Shown piece by piece: positions 20,502 to 28,583 of a stretch of DNA of 64,000 nt (within the stretch, counting starts at the first letter, position 1; each line of letters opens with the position of its first letter). The stretch comes from a virus (lineage: Duplodnaviria; Caudoviricetes): positions 4,021 through 68,020 of IMG/VR virus record IMGVR_UViG_3300033073_001660. One strand, 5' to 3'. The notes under the pieces are model-generated. The model did no database searches. It saw nothing but the letters and a program-made list of their open reading frames with translations, and had not been told where the DNA came from. Both the position numbers and the translations under genes were made by a program.

Positions 20502-21074
20502 ATGGAGACGCGAATAAAAAGTTTTAGTCAGTTTATTGGAGAAGGTGAGATATCTGAGAATCTTAGATATCACATCGATCATGATTATAGTATAACGGAG
20601 TCAGTATTTAGGCCTGGTTCCCAAGCGCATATCACAATGTTATGCGAAGCAAGGGAAAGATTTTATGATGGACTTCTTGAACTAGGTCAACTTGATAAAC
20701 ACCTTTTTGAGAACACTGATCTTGGGCTAGCTGGAATATATCAAGGAGAAGTAGTCCCATTAGATCTACCATTGGAGAATATTGATCTCAATGAGGAGAA
20801 AAATCCTAAGTTAAACCATCCTATGCGAGGAGGAGCTAAGAAATACCATGTATATGTTAGAAATCCTCGAAGTGGAAGAATCATGAAAATCGCATTTGGT
20901 GATGTTCACGGTGGACTTACTGCAAAGGTTTCAAATCCAAAGGCTAGAAAATCTTTTGCGGCTCGACATAATTGCGCTGAAAAGAAAGATAGAACTAAAG
21001 CTGGTTATTGGGCTTGTCGAATCAATCGATATGCTCATCTTTGGGGCGGAAAAACTTATCCTGGTTTCTGGTAA
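20502..21074 (+). CDS. Conserved phage protein (DUF6321-like C-terminus) with N-terminal capsid-targeting-like motif
   Basis: C-terminal KIAFGD...NPKARKSFAARHNC...KTKAGYWAC pattern; N-terminal IKSFSQFIGE. Confidence 0.55.
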   Translation: METRIKSFSQFIGEGEISENLRYHIDHDYSITESVFRPGSQAHITMLCEARERFYDGLLELGQLDKHLFENTDLGLAGIYQGEVVPLDLPLENIDLNEEKNPKLNHPMRGGAKKYHVYVRNPRSGRIMKIAFGDVHGGLTAKVSNPKARKSFAARHNCAEKKDRTKAGYWACRINRYAHLWGGKTYPGFW

Positions 21075-21343
21075 TGATTTATACTGATATTGACATAGAA
21101 GAAGGAGTGATTAGAACATTCAATGATTCAATCGATCCAATTGAATTAAAGTGGCATCGTGATGACGAAGATAGAGCGATCGTTGCAATAGAAGAAACAG
21201 ACTGGCAAGTTCAGCTTGAAAATAGATTACCGCAAAGCCTAAATTCAGTAGTTTTTATTGAACGTGGGCAATGGCATAGGGTGATAAAAGGAACTGGTAC
21301 ATTGAAAGTTAAAATAGCAAAGGGTGATGGATTCAATAAATGA
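21074..21343 (+). CDS. Small cupin-like hypothetical protein
   Basis: ATG overlaps the previous TAA (TAATG). LKWHRDDEDR...WQVQLE...FIERGQWHRVIKG has cupin-like His spacing. Confidence 0.55.
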   Translation: MIYTDIDIEEGVIRTFNDSIDPIELKWHRDDEDRAIVAIEETDWQVQLENRLPQSLNSVVFIERGQWHRVIKGTGTLKVKIAKGDGFNK

Positions 21344-21344
21344 A

Positions 21345-21749
21345 ATGATAGAAAAATCCGGAAATGTCTGGAAAGTATTCTCAAAAAAGAAAGTAAACGG
21401 AAAACGCAAGCTTTTAGGAACACATAAGACTAGAGAGAAAGCAGTTGACCAGTTACAAGCGATCGAGGCTTCTAAAGCCCGAGCTGCACATGAATCTCAA
21501 ATTTTAACATATTCTCAATTCGTAAACGAAAGAAAAAAGGAAAAAGTCAATCCAGCATATTTAACTAAGGACGCTGCTGAGATGAAGAGCGAGATCAGAA
21601 AAAATGCTAAAAAGTCAGACGACGATCCTACTGCTTATACTAGTGATCCAAAGGGTGGTTGGAAAGCAGATTATTCTAAATCTGGAAAAAGATATGGGAC
21701 TCAACCTAGCAAATATACTAAGGCCTTTGCAAAAAAATTCGGTAAATAA
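21345..21749 (+). CDS. Basic hypothetical protein with internal capsid-targeting-like motif
   Basis: The in-frame ATG at 21345 follows the previous stop. It contains internal ILTYSQFVNE and a Lys-rich C-terminus SKYTKAFAKKFGK. Confidence 0.55.
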   Translation: MIEKSGNVWKVFSKKKVNGKRKLLGTHKTREKAVDQLQAIEASKARAAHESQILTYSQFVNERKKEKVNPAYLTKDAAEMKSEIRKNAKKSDDDPTAYTSDPKGGWKADYSKSGKRYGTQPSKYTKAFAKKFGK

Positions 21750-22448
21750 ATGAAAAACATCTTAAAATTTAATCAATACTTAATTTTAGAGCAGGGATCT
21801 GAGTCTTGTCCAATTGCAACTCAGAACTTAGAATTAAACACTAAAAATAGAGATTTTACAAGAGAGAAATATAACTACGGTCCAGCTAATCCAAATGAGC
21901 CGAGTGAAGAATATTGGGAAGAAGCAGCAAAAAAATGGCCTAACACTACAGTAGAAGAAGCAAAAACAATGCTTTGTGGTAACTGTGTAGCATTTGATGT
22001 CTCACCAAGAATGAAGGGTTGTATGACAGTAATTGATGAAGATATTAAGGGACCTGGAGAATTTGGTTATTGTTGGATGCATAATTTTAAGTGTCACTCT
22101 CGTAGAACATGTAGTACTTGGGCTGCGGGCGGACCTATCACTAAAGATTCAGTTTCAGCAGACTGGCAGTCTAAAAACGAGGACAAAGTAGACGAAAAAC
22201 GTAAAACTAAAAATTCTCCAGATTGGCATGATTCTGATGCTCCTGATGCTAAAGGCAAGTTCAAGGAACTTGGAATTAAGGATCTTGCTGCATGGCTGAT
22301 CCGAACTAGGGGTGGAAACATGCAAAAGATCACAGGAAGTCTAAACCAGCAGATAGTCTTTAATCGTAATGATAATCCTTCCTATGCTAAAAAGATGGAA
22401 AAAGTCAGAGAGGAAGTAAAAAGACAATTAGCAAAAAGAAAAAAGTAA
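21750..22448 (+). CDS. Cys-rich (HiPIP-like cysteine pattern) hypothetical protein
   Basis: CGNCVAF...GYCWMHNFKCHSRRTCSTW; N-terminal MKNILKFNQYLILE. Confidence 0.5.
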   Translation: MKNILKFNQYLILEQGSESCPIATQNLELNTKNRDFTREKYNYGPANPNEPSEEYWEEAAKKWPNTTVEEAKTMLCGNCVAFDVSPRMKGCMTVIDEDIKGPGEFGYCWMHNFKCHSRRTCSTWAAGGPITKDSVSADWQSKNEDKVDEKRKTKNSPDWHDSDAPDAKGKFKELGIKDLAAWLIRTRGGNMQKITGSLNQQIVFNRNDNPSYAKKMEKVREEVKRQLAKRKK

Positions 22449-22454
22449 AATAGG

Positions 22455-22727
22455 ATGTTAAACTTTAATCAATGGCTAAATAGCATAAATGAATCATCGG
22501 AAGTCGCGCTTAAAAATAAGGCAAAGGCTAGTAAAATTCCTTTGGGAATCCTAAGAAGCGTTTACAATAAAGGAATGGCTGCGTGGAGGACTGGACATCG
22601 TCCTGGGGTAACCCAGCAACAGTGGGCCATGGCAAGGGTAAATTCATTTATCATGGGAGGAAAGACCACCAAGAAGGCTGATAAATCACTCTGGGAAAGA
22701 GCTAAAAAAGCTAAAAAGAAGAAATAA
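22455..22727 (+). CDS. DUF5824-like small basic viral protein
   Basis: [34 protein letters not shown] motif; N-terminal [13 protein letters not shown]. Confidence 0.6.
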   Translation: MLNFNQWLNSINESSEVALKNKAKASKIPLGILRSVYNKGMAAWRTGHRPGVTQQQWAMARVNSFIMGGKTTKKADKSLWERAKKAKKKK

Positions 22728-22729
22728 GC

Positions 22730-23278
22730 ATGTTATTAAACGTAAGACAGAATGGATTTATATTCAATTTTCCACCAGATTTCTTTGCACCTGAAATCAA
22801 GGAAAAATACAAGAAGTATTATCAGAGTTTGATACTTCCATATGACACAATCGACGAGTTTATGTCAGCTACAATACAGTCAGTCGATTTTCCAGGATGG
22901 ACGATGGATCCAGTAACACAGACTCGCCTGTTTGGTAAGAAACAAGAGTATAAAAACTCTACTCAAGTAGTTGATTTATTTACTAGAGAGTTTACGCTAA
23001 CTTTTAAATTAACTGATGCGTATCTAAACTATTTTATCTTTTTAGAGAACTCTCTAAAATATTTGGATTTTTCAAATAAGTCTCAAACTTTTTCTCCAAT
23101 GAGACTCTCACTATTAGATAATGAAGGATATTTAGTATCTTCAGTTATTTTCAAACGACCTATTCTTAAAAGCCAAGACGGCTTTAAGCTTTCGTATAGT
23201 TCAGCAACTCCTGAATTTGCAACATTTACTGCAAAGTTTGTGTACTTCGATTTTGACATTGAACTAGATTTTAACTAA
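22730..23278 (+). CDS. Tail tube-fold protein (gp3/gp19-like)
   Basis: [10 protein letters not shown] and [15 protein letters not shown] resemble T4 gp3/tube-fold motifs. The size (182 aa) fits. Confidence 0.5.
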   Translation: MLLNVRQNGFIFNFPPDFFAPEIKEKYKKYYQSLILPYDTIDEFMSATIQSVDFPGWTMDPVTQTRLFGKKQEYKNSTQVVDLFTREFTLTFKLTDAYLNYFIFLENSLKYLDFSNKSQTFSPMRLSLLDNEGYLVSSVIFKRPILKSQDGFKLSYSSATPEFATFTAKFVYFDFDIELDFN

Positions 23279-23306
23279 GAACCTTCAGGTAACACCAGAG
23301 TATATT
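23279..23306 (+). promoter_or_regulatory. Putative non-late promoter GAAC-N17-GTATATT
   Basis: Lies upstream of the cysC cluster. The same bipartite pattern is found at five other sites. Confidence 0.4.
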
Positions 23307-23327
23307 ATATCAAAATAATCAAGTATT

Positions 23328-23771
23328 TTGATCATAAACATTACTGGCCAAGCAGGCTCTGGTAAAACTACAATTGCTAGGGAACTAGAAAAGATCATTA
23401 AGAAACCTATTGTGATCGATGGCGATGAACTTAGAGAGATCTTTGTAAACAAAGATTATAGTGAAGAAGGACGTCGCAAAAATATTACTAATGCTTATAA
23501 TATCGCTAGATTTTTAGAAGCTAAAGGTTTTATTCCAATTATTGCACTAATAAGTCCGTATCAAGATCTTAGGGAAGATCTTAAAAGCCAATCAACTGTT
23601 TCTGAAATCTACTTAACTACTTCACAAGTTAGAGGTAGAGAACACTTTTTTGCACAAGGATATGTTCCACCAAAGGAAGATTTTCTTCCTGTAAATACAG
23701 ATCTTCCTCTAGATGACTGTGTTCAACAAATATTAATTTATACTATCGAGAAGAATGGGAAAAAAGGTTAA
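23328..23771 (+). CDS. cysC: Adenylyl-sulfate (APS) kinase
   Basis: P-loop ITGQAGSGKTT, then IDGDELR, DYSEEGRRKN and ALISPY, all canonical CysC motifs. TTG start. Confidence 0.9.
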   Translation: MIINITGQAGSGKTTIARELEKIIKKPIVIDGDELREIFVNKDYSEEGRRKNITNAYNIARFLEAKGFIPIIALISPYQDLREDLKSQSTVSEIYLTTSQVRGREHFFAQGYVPPKEDFLPVNTDLPLDDCVQQILIYTIEKNGKKG

Positions 23772-24207
23772 GATTAGATATAATCATGATGCTGGTGAAA
23801 GCCCTCTAAAATGGAGAGTAGTAATTGATGGAAAGGAGCACCTTGCCACAAACGTCGATGTCCTTGTTCCAAGTGTTACGACTGATGACGTTATTGAAGG
23901 AGTTGGAAAGAAATTCCATATTAGCTGTGAGCCTGATCTAATCGTTTGGGAAGGGGATAAACTTGTCCTAAAAGATAGCGCTAAATGGATAAGTCATAAA
24001 AGACATCTATTAAAATCATTAACTTATAGGCTTTATTCTTCATGTATCACAGCTTTAATCGCTTCACTTATTTTAGGAAATACTAAGATCGGTTTCTCAA
24101 TTGGAATCGCTGATTTTCTAATCAAAATCTTTACCTACTATGTTCATGAAAGAATTTGGTATCACATTCCATTTGGGATTCAAAAAGTAAAAAAAGAGAG
24201 ACTATGA
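23755..24207 (+). CDS. DUF2061-like membrane domain fused to an unknown N-terminal domain
   Basis: C-terminal RHLLKSLTYRL...FLIKIFTYYVHERIWYHIPFG is the DUF2061 signature. This domain is commonly found next to cysC. Confidence 0.7.
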   Translation: MGKKVKIRYNHDAGESPLKWRVVIDGKEHLATNVDVLVPSVTTDDVIEGVGKKFHISCEPDLIVWEGDKLVLKDSAKWISHKRHLLKSLTYRLYSSCITALIASLILGNTKIGFSIGIADFLIKIFTYYVHERIWYHIPFGIQKVKKERL

Positions 24208-24629
24208 CATACAATCTATTCATCGGTAGATATCAATCTCCGCATAAAGGTCACATGACTATTTTTAATGAATACTTAGAAAAGGGTATGCCTGTTCTAA
24301 TTGCAATTAGAGATATTGAACCTGACGAAAATAATCCGCTTACTGCAGACGAGGTAAAATTCATTTGGGATACCATCTATCTAGACAATCCTTTAGTAGA
24401 GACAATAATTATTCCAGATATTGCTAGTGTTAATTATGGCAGAGGAGTCGGATATGAAGTCAAGGAGATCCAAGTAGAGTCAACTATCGCAAATATCTCA
24501 GCGACTGAAATTAGACGTCAAATTAGAAGTGGAGAAGACGCTTGGAAAGAACTAGTTGACCATAAAGGACATGAAGTATTATCCATGTTATTAAAAAATA
24601 AACAAATCAATGGCAAAGAAACAAACTAA
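24204..24629 (+). CDS. HxGH-family nucleotidyltransferase (cytidylyltransferase-like)
   Basis: FIGRYQSPHKGH and ISATEIR motifs. The ATG at 24204 overlaps the upstream TGA (ATGA). Confidence 0.8.
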   Translation: MTYNLFIGRYQSPHKGHMTIFNEYLEKGMPVLIAIRDIEPDENNPLTADEVKFIWDTIYLDNPLVETIIIPDIASVNYGRGVGYEVKEIQVESTIANISATEIRRQIRSGEDAWKELVDHKGHEVLSMLLKNKQINGKETN

Positions 24630-25500
24630 TAAATTTTCAGTATTTCACCTAGAAGGTGGTTTAGGCAAGCATATCGCAGCGACAGCTGTTGCTAAATGTA
24701 TTAAAAATAATCATCCTGATCGTGAACTAATTATTGTTTGTGCATATCCTGAAATTTTCTTAAATCTTCCATTCGTGGATCGAGTTTATCGAATTGGGAA
24801 TACTCCATACTTCTATAAAGATTTTATAGAAGGCAAAGACAGCTTAATTTTTAAACACGAACCTTATTTTACGACCGAACACATTCATAAAGAGTTGCCT
24901 TTAATTGAAAATTGGTGTAAGCTGTATAATCTTGATTTTTCAGGAGAATCACCAGAGTTAATATTCAATATTCGTCAACAACAATATGGATTTAAGAAAT
25001 GGAATAGAGATAAACCGATTGCTGTGATCCAAACAAACGGGGGTCCTCTAACTGAACAACCGTATCTCTATTCATGGACTAGAGATATTCCTTCATATGT
25101 CTCACACGATTTAGTAAAATATCTTAGTCAAAACCACCACGTCATTCAAATATGTAGGTCTCCAGAGCAAGCTATTCCTGGAGCAGAGGCTATTTTTGAA
25201 CCAATGTCAAACATGGAACTATTATCAGTTCTTCTCTTCTCAGAAAAGAGAATCTTAATTGATTCAAGCATTCAACATGCGGCAGCTGCTTTAAATCTAA
25301 AATCAACCGTATTGTGGATAGGGACTTCACCTAAAACCTTTGGATACGACTTACATAATAATATTGTAGCTCAACTTCCAAACGATGTCAAATTACCAGA
25401 TAGTTATCTATTTGACTATAACTTCCATGGAGCAAATCACGAGTGTCCTATTCTAGATCTAAATATATTCGATCAGACTGAAATTTTAAATTCAATCTAA
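24610..25500 (+). CDS. Glycosyltransferase, GT9 (heptosyltransferase)-like
   Basis: GGLGKHIAATAVAKCIK...HPDRELIIV and IDSSIQHAAAAL...VLWIGTSP. Confidence 0.75.
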   Translation: MAKKQTNKFSVFHLEGGLGKHIAATAVAKCIKNNHPDRELIIVCAYPEIFLNLPFVDRVYRIGNTPYFYKDFIEGKDSLIFKHEPYFTTEHIHKELPLIENWCKLYNLDFSGESPELIFNIRQQQYGFKKWNRDKPIAVIQTNGGPLTEQPYLYSWTRDIPSYVSHDLVKYLSQNHHVIQICRSPEQAIPGAEAIFEPMSNMELLSVLLFSEKRILIDSSIQHAAAALNLKSTVLWIGTSPKTFGYDLHNNIVAQLPNDVKLPDSYLFDYNFHGANHECPILDLNIFDQTEILNSI

Positions 25501-26135
25501 TGGATTTTACGTATCGTCCAGTAAATATTAATGAGTATTTTGATAAGATACTCTATATCAACATGGATAAAGACGTTTCTCGTAATCATGGAATGATCAA
25601 GCAATTTGAAAAATTTGGAATCACAAACTTTCAAAGGATTGTAGGAAGCGACCTAACATCTCTATCTCAACCTATAAGCTATCGTAATTTCATAAAGACT
25701 GATGAAAAATATATTAGAGGTCAGCTTGGTTGTAGGAGGGCTCACCTTAATGCTATCAAGTATGCTAAGAATCAAGGATATCGACGCGTCTTGATACTTG
25801 AGGATGACGTTGAGTTCCTGATCGACCCTAGTGAATTACTCACAATAAACCAAGAGATCCTCAATGATTGGGACATGCTTTATTTCGGCGGACTAATTGA
25901 GCCGTTCTTTAGAAATCAAATAGTCTGTGCCCATGCATATGGGGTCTCTGCAAACTTATATGACGATATCCTAGAGATGGGAGAACATTCAGGTATGGAA
26001 ATAGACAATTTTTATGCAAAGGTGATTCAACACATGAGTTACAATCATACTAGCATAGGAAAGTACCGAATCCGAATCATTCAACCATTTAATCAAATAG
26101 TGCAAAATAAAAATTACCAATCTAATATAGTATGA
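25500..26135 (+). CDS. Glycosyltransferase family 25
   Basis: ILYINMDKDVSR, GQLGCRRAHL, VLILEDDV. Confidence 0.85.
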   Translation: MDFTYRPVNINEYFDKILYINMDKDVSRNHGMIKQFEKFGITNFQRIVGSDLTSLSQPISYRNFIKTDEKYIRGQLGCRRAHLNAIKYAKNQGYRRVLILEDDVEFLIDPSELLTINQEILNDWDMLYFGGLIEPFFRNQIVCAHAYGVSANLYDDILEMGEHSGMEIDNFYAKVIQHMSYNHTSIGKYRIRIIQPFNQIVQNKNYQSNIV

Positions 26136-26947
26136 AAAAGATATTTTTTCAATCTTCATTACCTAGAGCAGGTTCAACTCTTCTACAAAATATCATCGGT
26201 CAAAATCCAGACTTCTATGTTACTCCTACTTCAGGTGTCCTAGAGTTAGTCTACGCTGCCAGAAACAATTACACTAATTCACCAGAGTTTAAAGCACAGG
26301 ACTCATCCCTAATGCGATCTGGTTTTACTCGATTTTGCCATGATGGAGTACTTGGATTCTTTAATGGAGTAACTGATAAACCGTATGTTTTAGATAAGAG
26401 TAGAGGATGGGGAATACATTATGGATTCTTAAATTCATTTTATCCTGAGCCCAAGATTATTTGTATGGTTCGTGACCTTCGCGGTATCTTTGCATCCATG
26501 GAGAAAAACTTTCGTAAAAATCAGCACCTAGATTCTGGAATCGTTAATCATTCAAACATGACAGGTACGACTACCGAAAAAAGGATCGATATTTGGGCAG
26601 CTGGGCAACCTGTTGGATTAGCTATTGAGAGACTTCATCAAATATTTAAAGAAGGAGTCAATCAAAAAATGCTTTTTATTAAATATGAAGACCTAGCTAA
26701 GAATCCTATTCCAGAAATGGAAAAAATATACGATTATTTGGAACTACCTTATTTTGAGCATGACTTTGATAACATCGAGCAGATTACACAAGAAGATGAT
26801 GCAGTATACGGCATCTATGGAGATCACCAGATTCGCAAAAAACTTTCACCATTGAAGGTCGACTATAAGGAAATCTTAGGACAAGGCGCCTGCACATGGA
26901 TCAAGACCAACTATAAATGGTTCTACGATGAGTTTAAATATTATTAA
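26132..26947 (+). CDS. PAPS-dependent sulfotransferase
   Basis: 5'-PSB motif SLPRAGSTLL, then DKSRGW, 3'-PB-like IICMVRDLRGIFAS, and IKYEDL. Confidence 0.88.
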   Translation: MKKIFFQSSLPRAGSTLLQNIIGQNPDFYVTPTSGVLELVYAARNNYTNSPEFKAQDSSLMRSGFTRFCHDGVLGFFNGVTDKPYVLDKSRGWGIHYGFLNSFYPEPKIICMVRDLRGIFASMEKNFRKNQHLDSGIVNHSNMTGTTTEKRIDIWAAGQPVGLAIERLHQIFKEGVNQKMLFIKYEDLAKNPIPEMEKIYDYLELPYFEHDFDNIEQITQEDDAVYGIYGDHQIRKKLSPLKVDYKEILGQGACTWIKTNYKWFYDEFKYY

Positions 26948-27321
26948 ACTCCAGTAGCAGCTGAATCAACTGCTGATATAAAGCTAGTTACCTCACTTTG
27001 AAATGATTCAGAAACATCAGTGAATGGAATCTTAATTAATAAATTAGTCTTAGCTGATCGAAGAGGAAATACTGGTTGAGCTAGACTTCGGCCTGCACTC
27101 TTGATAGTAATAGAATCCGAATATATTTGTACAAATGTTGGGATCACTGCTTCTTTTCCTTTACTTAGATAATTTGTAATGCTGTCAACCATCGTTCTAT
27201 ATGATTCCAGACGACTACTATTATAATTAAAATTAATTGACCTTGACTTAGATACGTATTTTGTGGTACCCTGTCCGTTTGGAATTACTACTAAATAGTC
27301 AAATGTTGGGATCTCTGGCAT
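26944..27321 (-). CDS. Hypothetical protein (last gene of the minus-strand fibre operon)
   Basis: 125 aa ORF whose stop overlaps the sulfotransferase stop. Confidence 0.55.
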   Translation of the reverse strand: MPEIPTFDYLVVIPNGQGTTKYVSKSRSINFNYNSSRLESYRTMVDSITNYLSKGKEAVIPTFVQIYSDSITIKSAGRSLAQPVFPLRSAKTNLLIKIPFTDVSESFQSEVTSFISAVDSAATGV

Positions 27322-27340
27322 CTATAATTTAATTTTTTTA

Positions 27341-28558
27341 TTAAGGCACTATACAAATAGCTCCTCCACTGCTCCATAACATGCCTGAACAAAGTCCAGC
27401 AGCACTAGTTGGAATGTTTTTAATTGATAATTTATTCACAAATGTCGTGCATTCAGAATCTGCTGTGATATTATTTCCGACAACCATTGCGCAATTATAA
27501 GTAATAATATTACACATACCGCCTAAAACAGCTGAACCTGTTCCTGAAACTTGATTAAAATATCCGCCGGCTGCTGTTCCATATGGCCCACTGACAGTAT
27601 TGCCAAATCCTCCGCCAATTGCTTGCCATTGTCCACAGCACGTATAATTATTACATCCACCAGTAATAGTTGCACCATTTGAGTTTGCTTGATTTCTTTC
27701 ACCTCCGCCAATAGTAGTCCAATCACAAATAGCAGAGTTAGAGTTACCTCCAGCAATAGTCGAATATCTTCCACTTGCCGTGTTGCAATACCCTCCACCT
27801 ATCGTTGCGCCATAATATCCACTAGCTGTATTATATGCACCTCCAGAAACAGTTGAACAGCTTCCAGAAGCATTATTATTTGAACCGCCACCGATTGTTT
27901 CATACCCATAATATGAACTTGCTGTATTCTTATATCCTCCAGCAATGGTCGAATATCCATAATAAGAACTTATCGTATTGTTAGATCCTCCACCAATAAA
28001 AGAAAAATAAGAACTGTTCGTATTATTTACTCCACCAACAACTGTTGATCCTGAGTTAGTTGCTGAATTTAGGTATCCGCCACTAACCGTTGCTGCAATG
28101 CCAAACGCAGTATTACTATATCCTCCAGAAACAGTCGAATAATCAGTCTCTGCTGAATTATATGCTCCTCCAGCAACAGTCGTATAGTAACTAGAAGCCG
28201 TGTTGCAATACCCTCCACCTACAGAGTTAAGGTCGCCGATCGCGCCAGCCGAATTATAATATCCACCAGCGATAGTCGATGCATATCCACTTGCAGTATT
28301 ACTATAACCTCCAGAAACAGTTGAATAGTCTCCATCTGCAGCATTTCCAACATCTATTCTATATGTTGAATATGCTCCTGAACCAGTAGTCAATATGCCG
28401 GCTCCTTCAATTATAGTGATTGTTCCAGATGAATCCATCTTAGAAAGAATTCCGGCATCATCTAAATTAAACCCAATAAAGTAACTGCCTGCAGCAATTT
28501 GAGTGTAATCAATCCCCGCGAAAGATACTTGTGGTATTTCTATTCCCGATCCGTACAT
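27341..28558 (-). CDS. Gly/Ser/Cys-rich repeat fibre/adhesin-like protein (S-T-V-x-G-G-x-x-N-x-A repeats)
   Basis: About 20 tandem ~14-aa repeats (e.g. YSTVSGGYSNTASG) resembling trimeric adhesin head repeats; C-terminal NIPTSAAGLCSGMLW motif. Confidence 0.7.
   Translation of the reverse strand: MYGSGIEIPQVSFAGIDYTQIAAGSYFIGFNLDDAGILSKMDSSGTITIIEGAGILTTGSGAYSTYRIDVGNAADGDYSTVSGGYSNTASGYASTIAGGYYNSAGAIGDLNSVGGGYCNTASSYYTTVAGGAYNSAETDYSTVSGGYSNTAFGIAATVSGGYLNSATNSGSTVVGGVNNTNSSYFSFIGGGSNNTISSYYGYSTIAGGYKNTASSYYGYETIGGGSNNNASGSCSTVSGGAYNTASGYYGATIGGGYCNTASGRYSTIAGGNSNSAICDWTTIGGGERNQANSNGATITGGCNNYTCCGQWQAIGGGFGNTVSGPYGTAAGGYFNQVSGTGSAVLGGMCNIITYNCAMVVGNNITADSECTTFVNKLSIKNIPTSAAGLCSGMLWSSGGAICIVP
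27777..28221. repeat. 25-nt exact direct repeat (27777-27801 and 28197-28221)
   Basis: gccgtgttgcaataccctccaccta occurs twice, 420 nt apart (ten 42-nt units). Confidence 0.9.
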
Positions 28559-28574
28559 TTATTCTCTTTATTTT

Positions 28575-28581
28575 TATTTAT
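28575..28581 (-). promoter_or_regulatory. Late promoter GATAAATA
   Basis: Upstream of minus-strand ATG 28558. Confidence 0.55.
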
Positions 28582-28583
28582 CT

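Noticed and set aside
23328-23771. cysC as a host sulfur-assimilation auxiliary gene
   Set aside because: No cysH or sulfite reductase genes are nearby, and its coupling to a sulfotransferase points to PAPS supply for sulfation.
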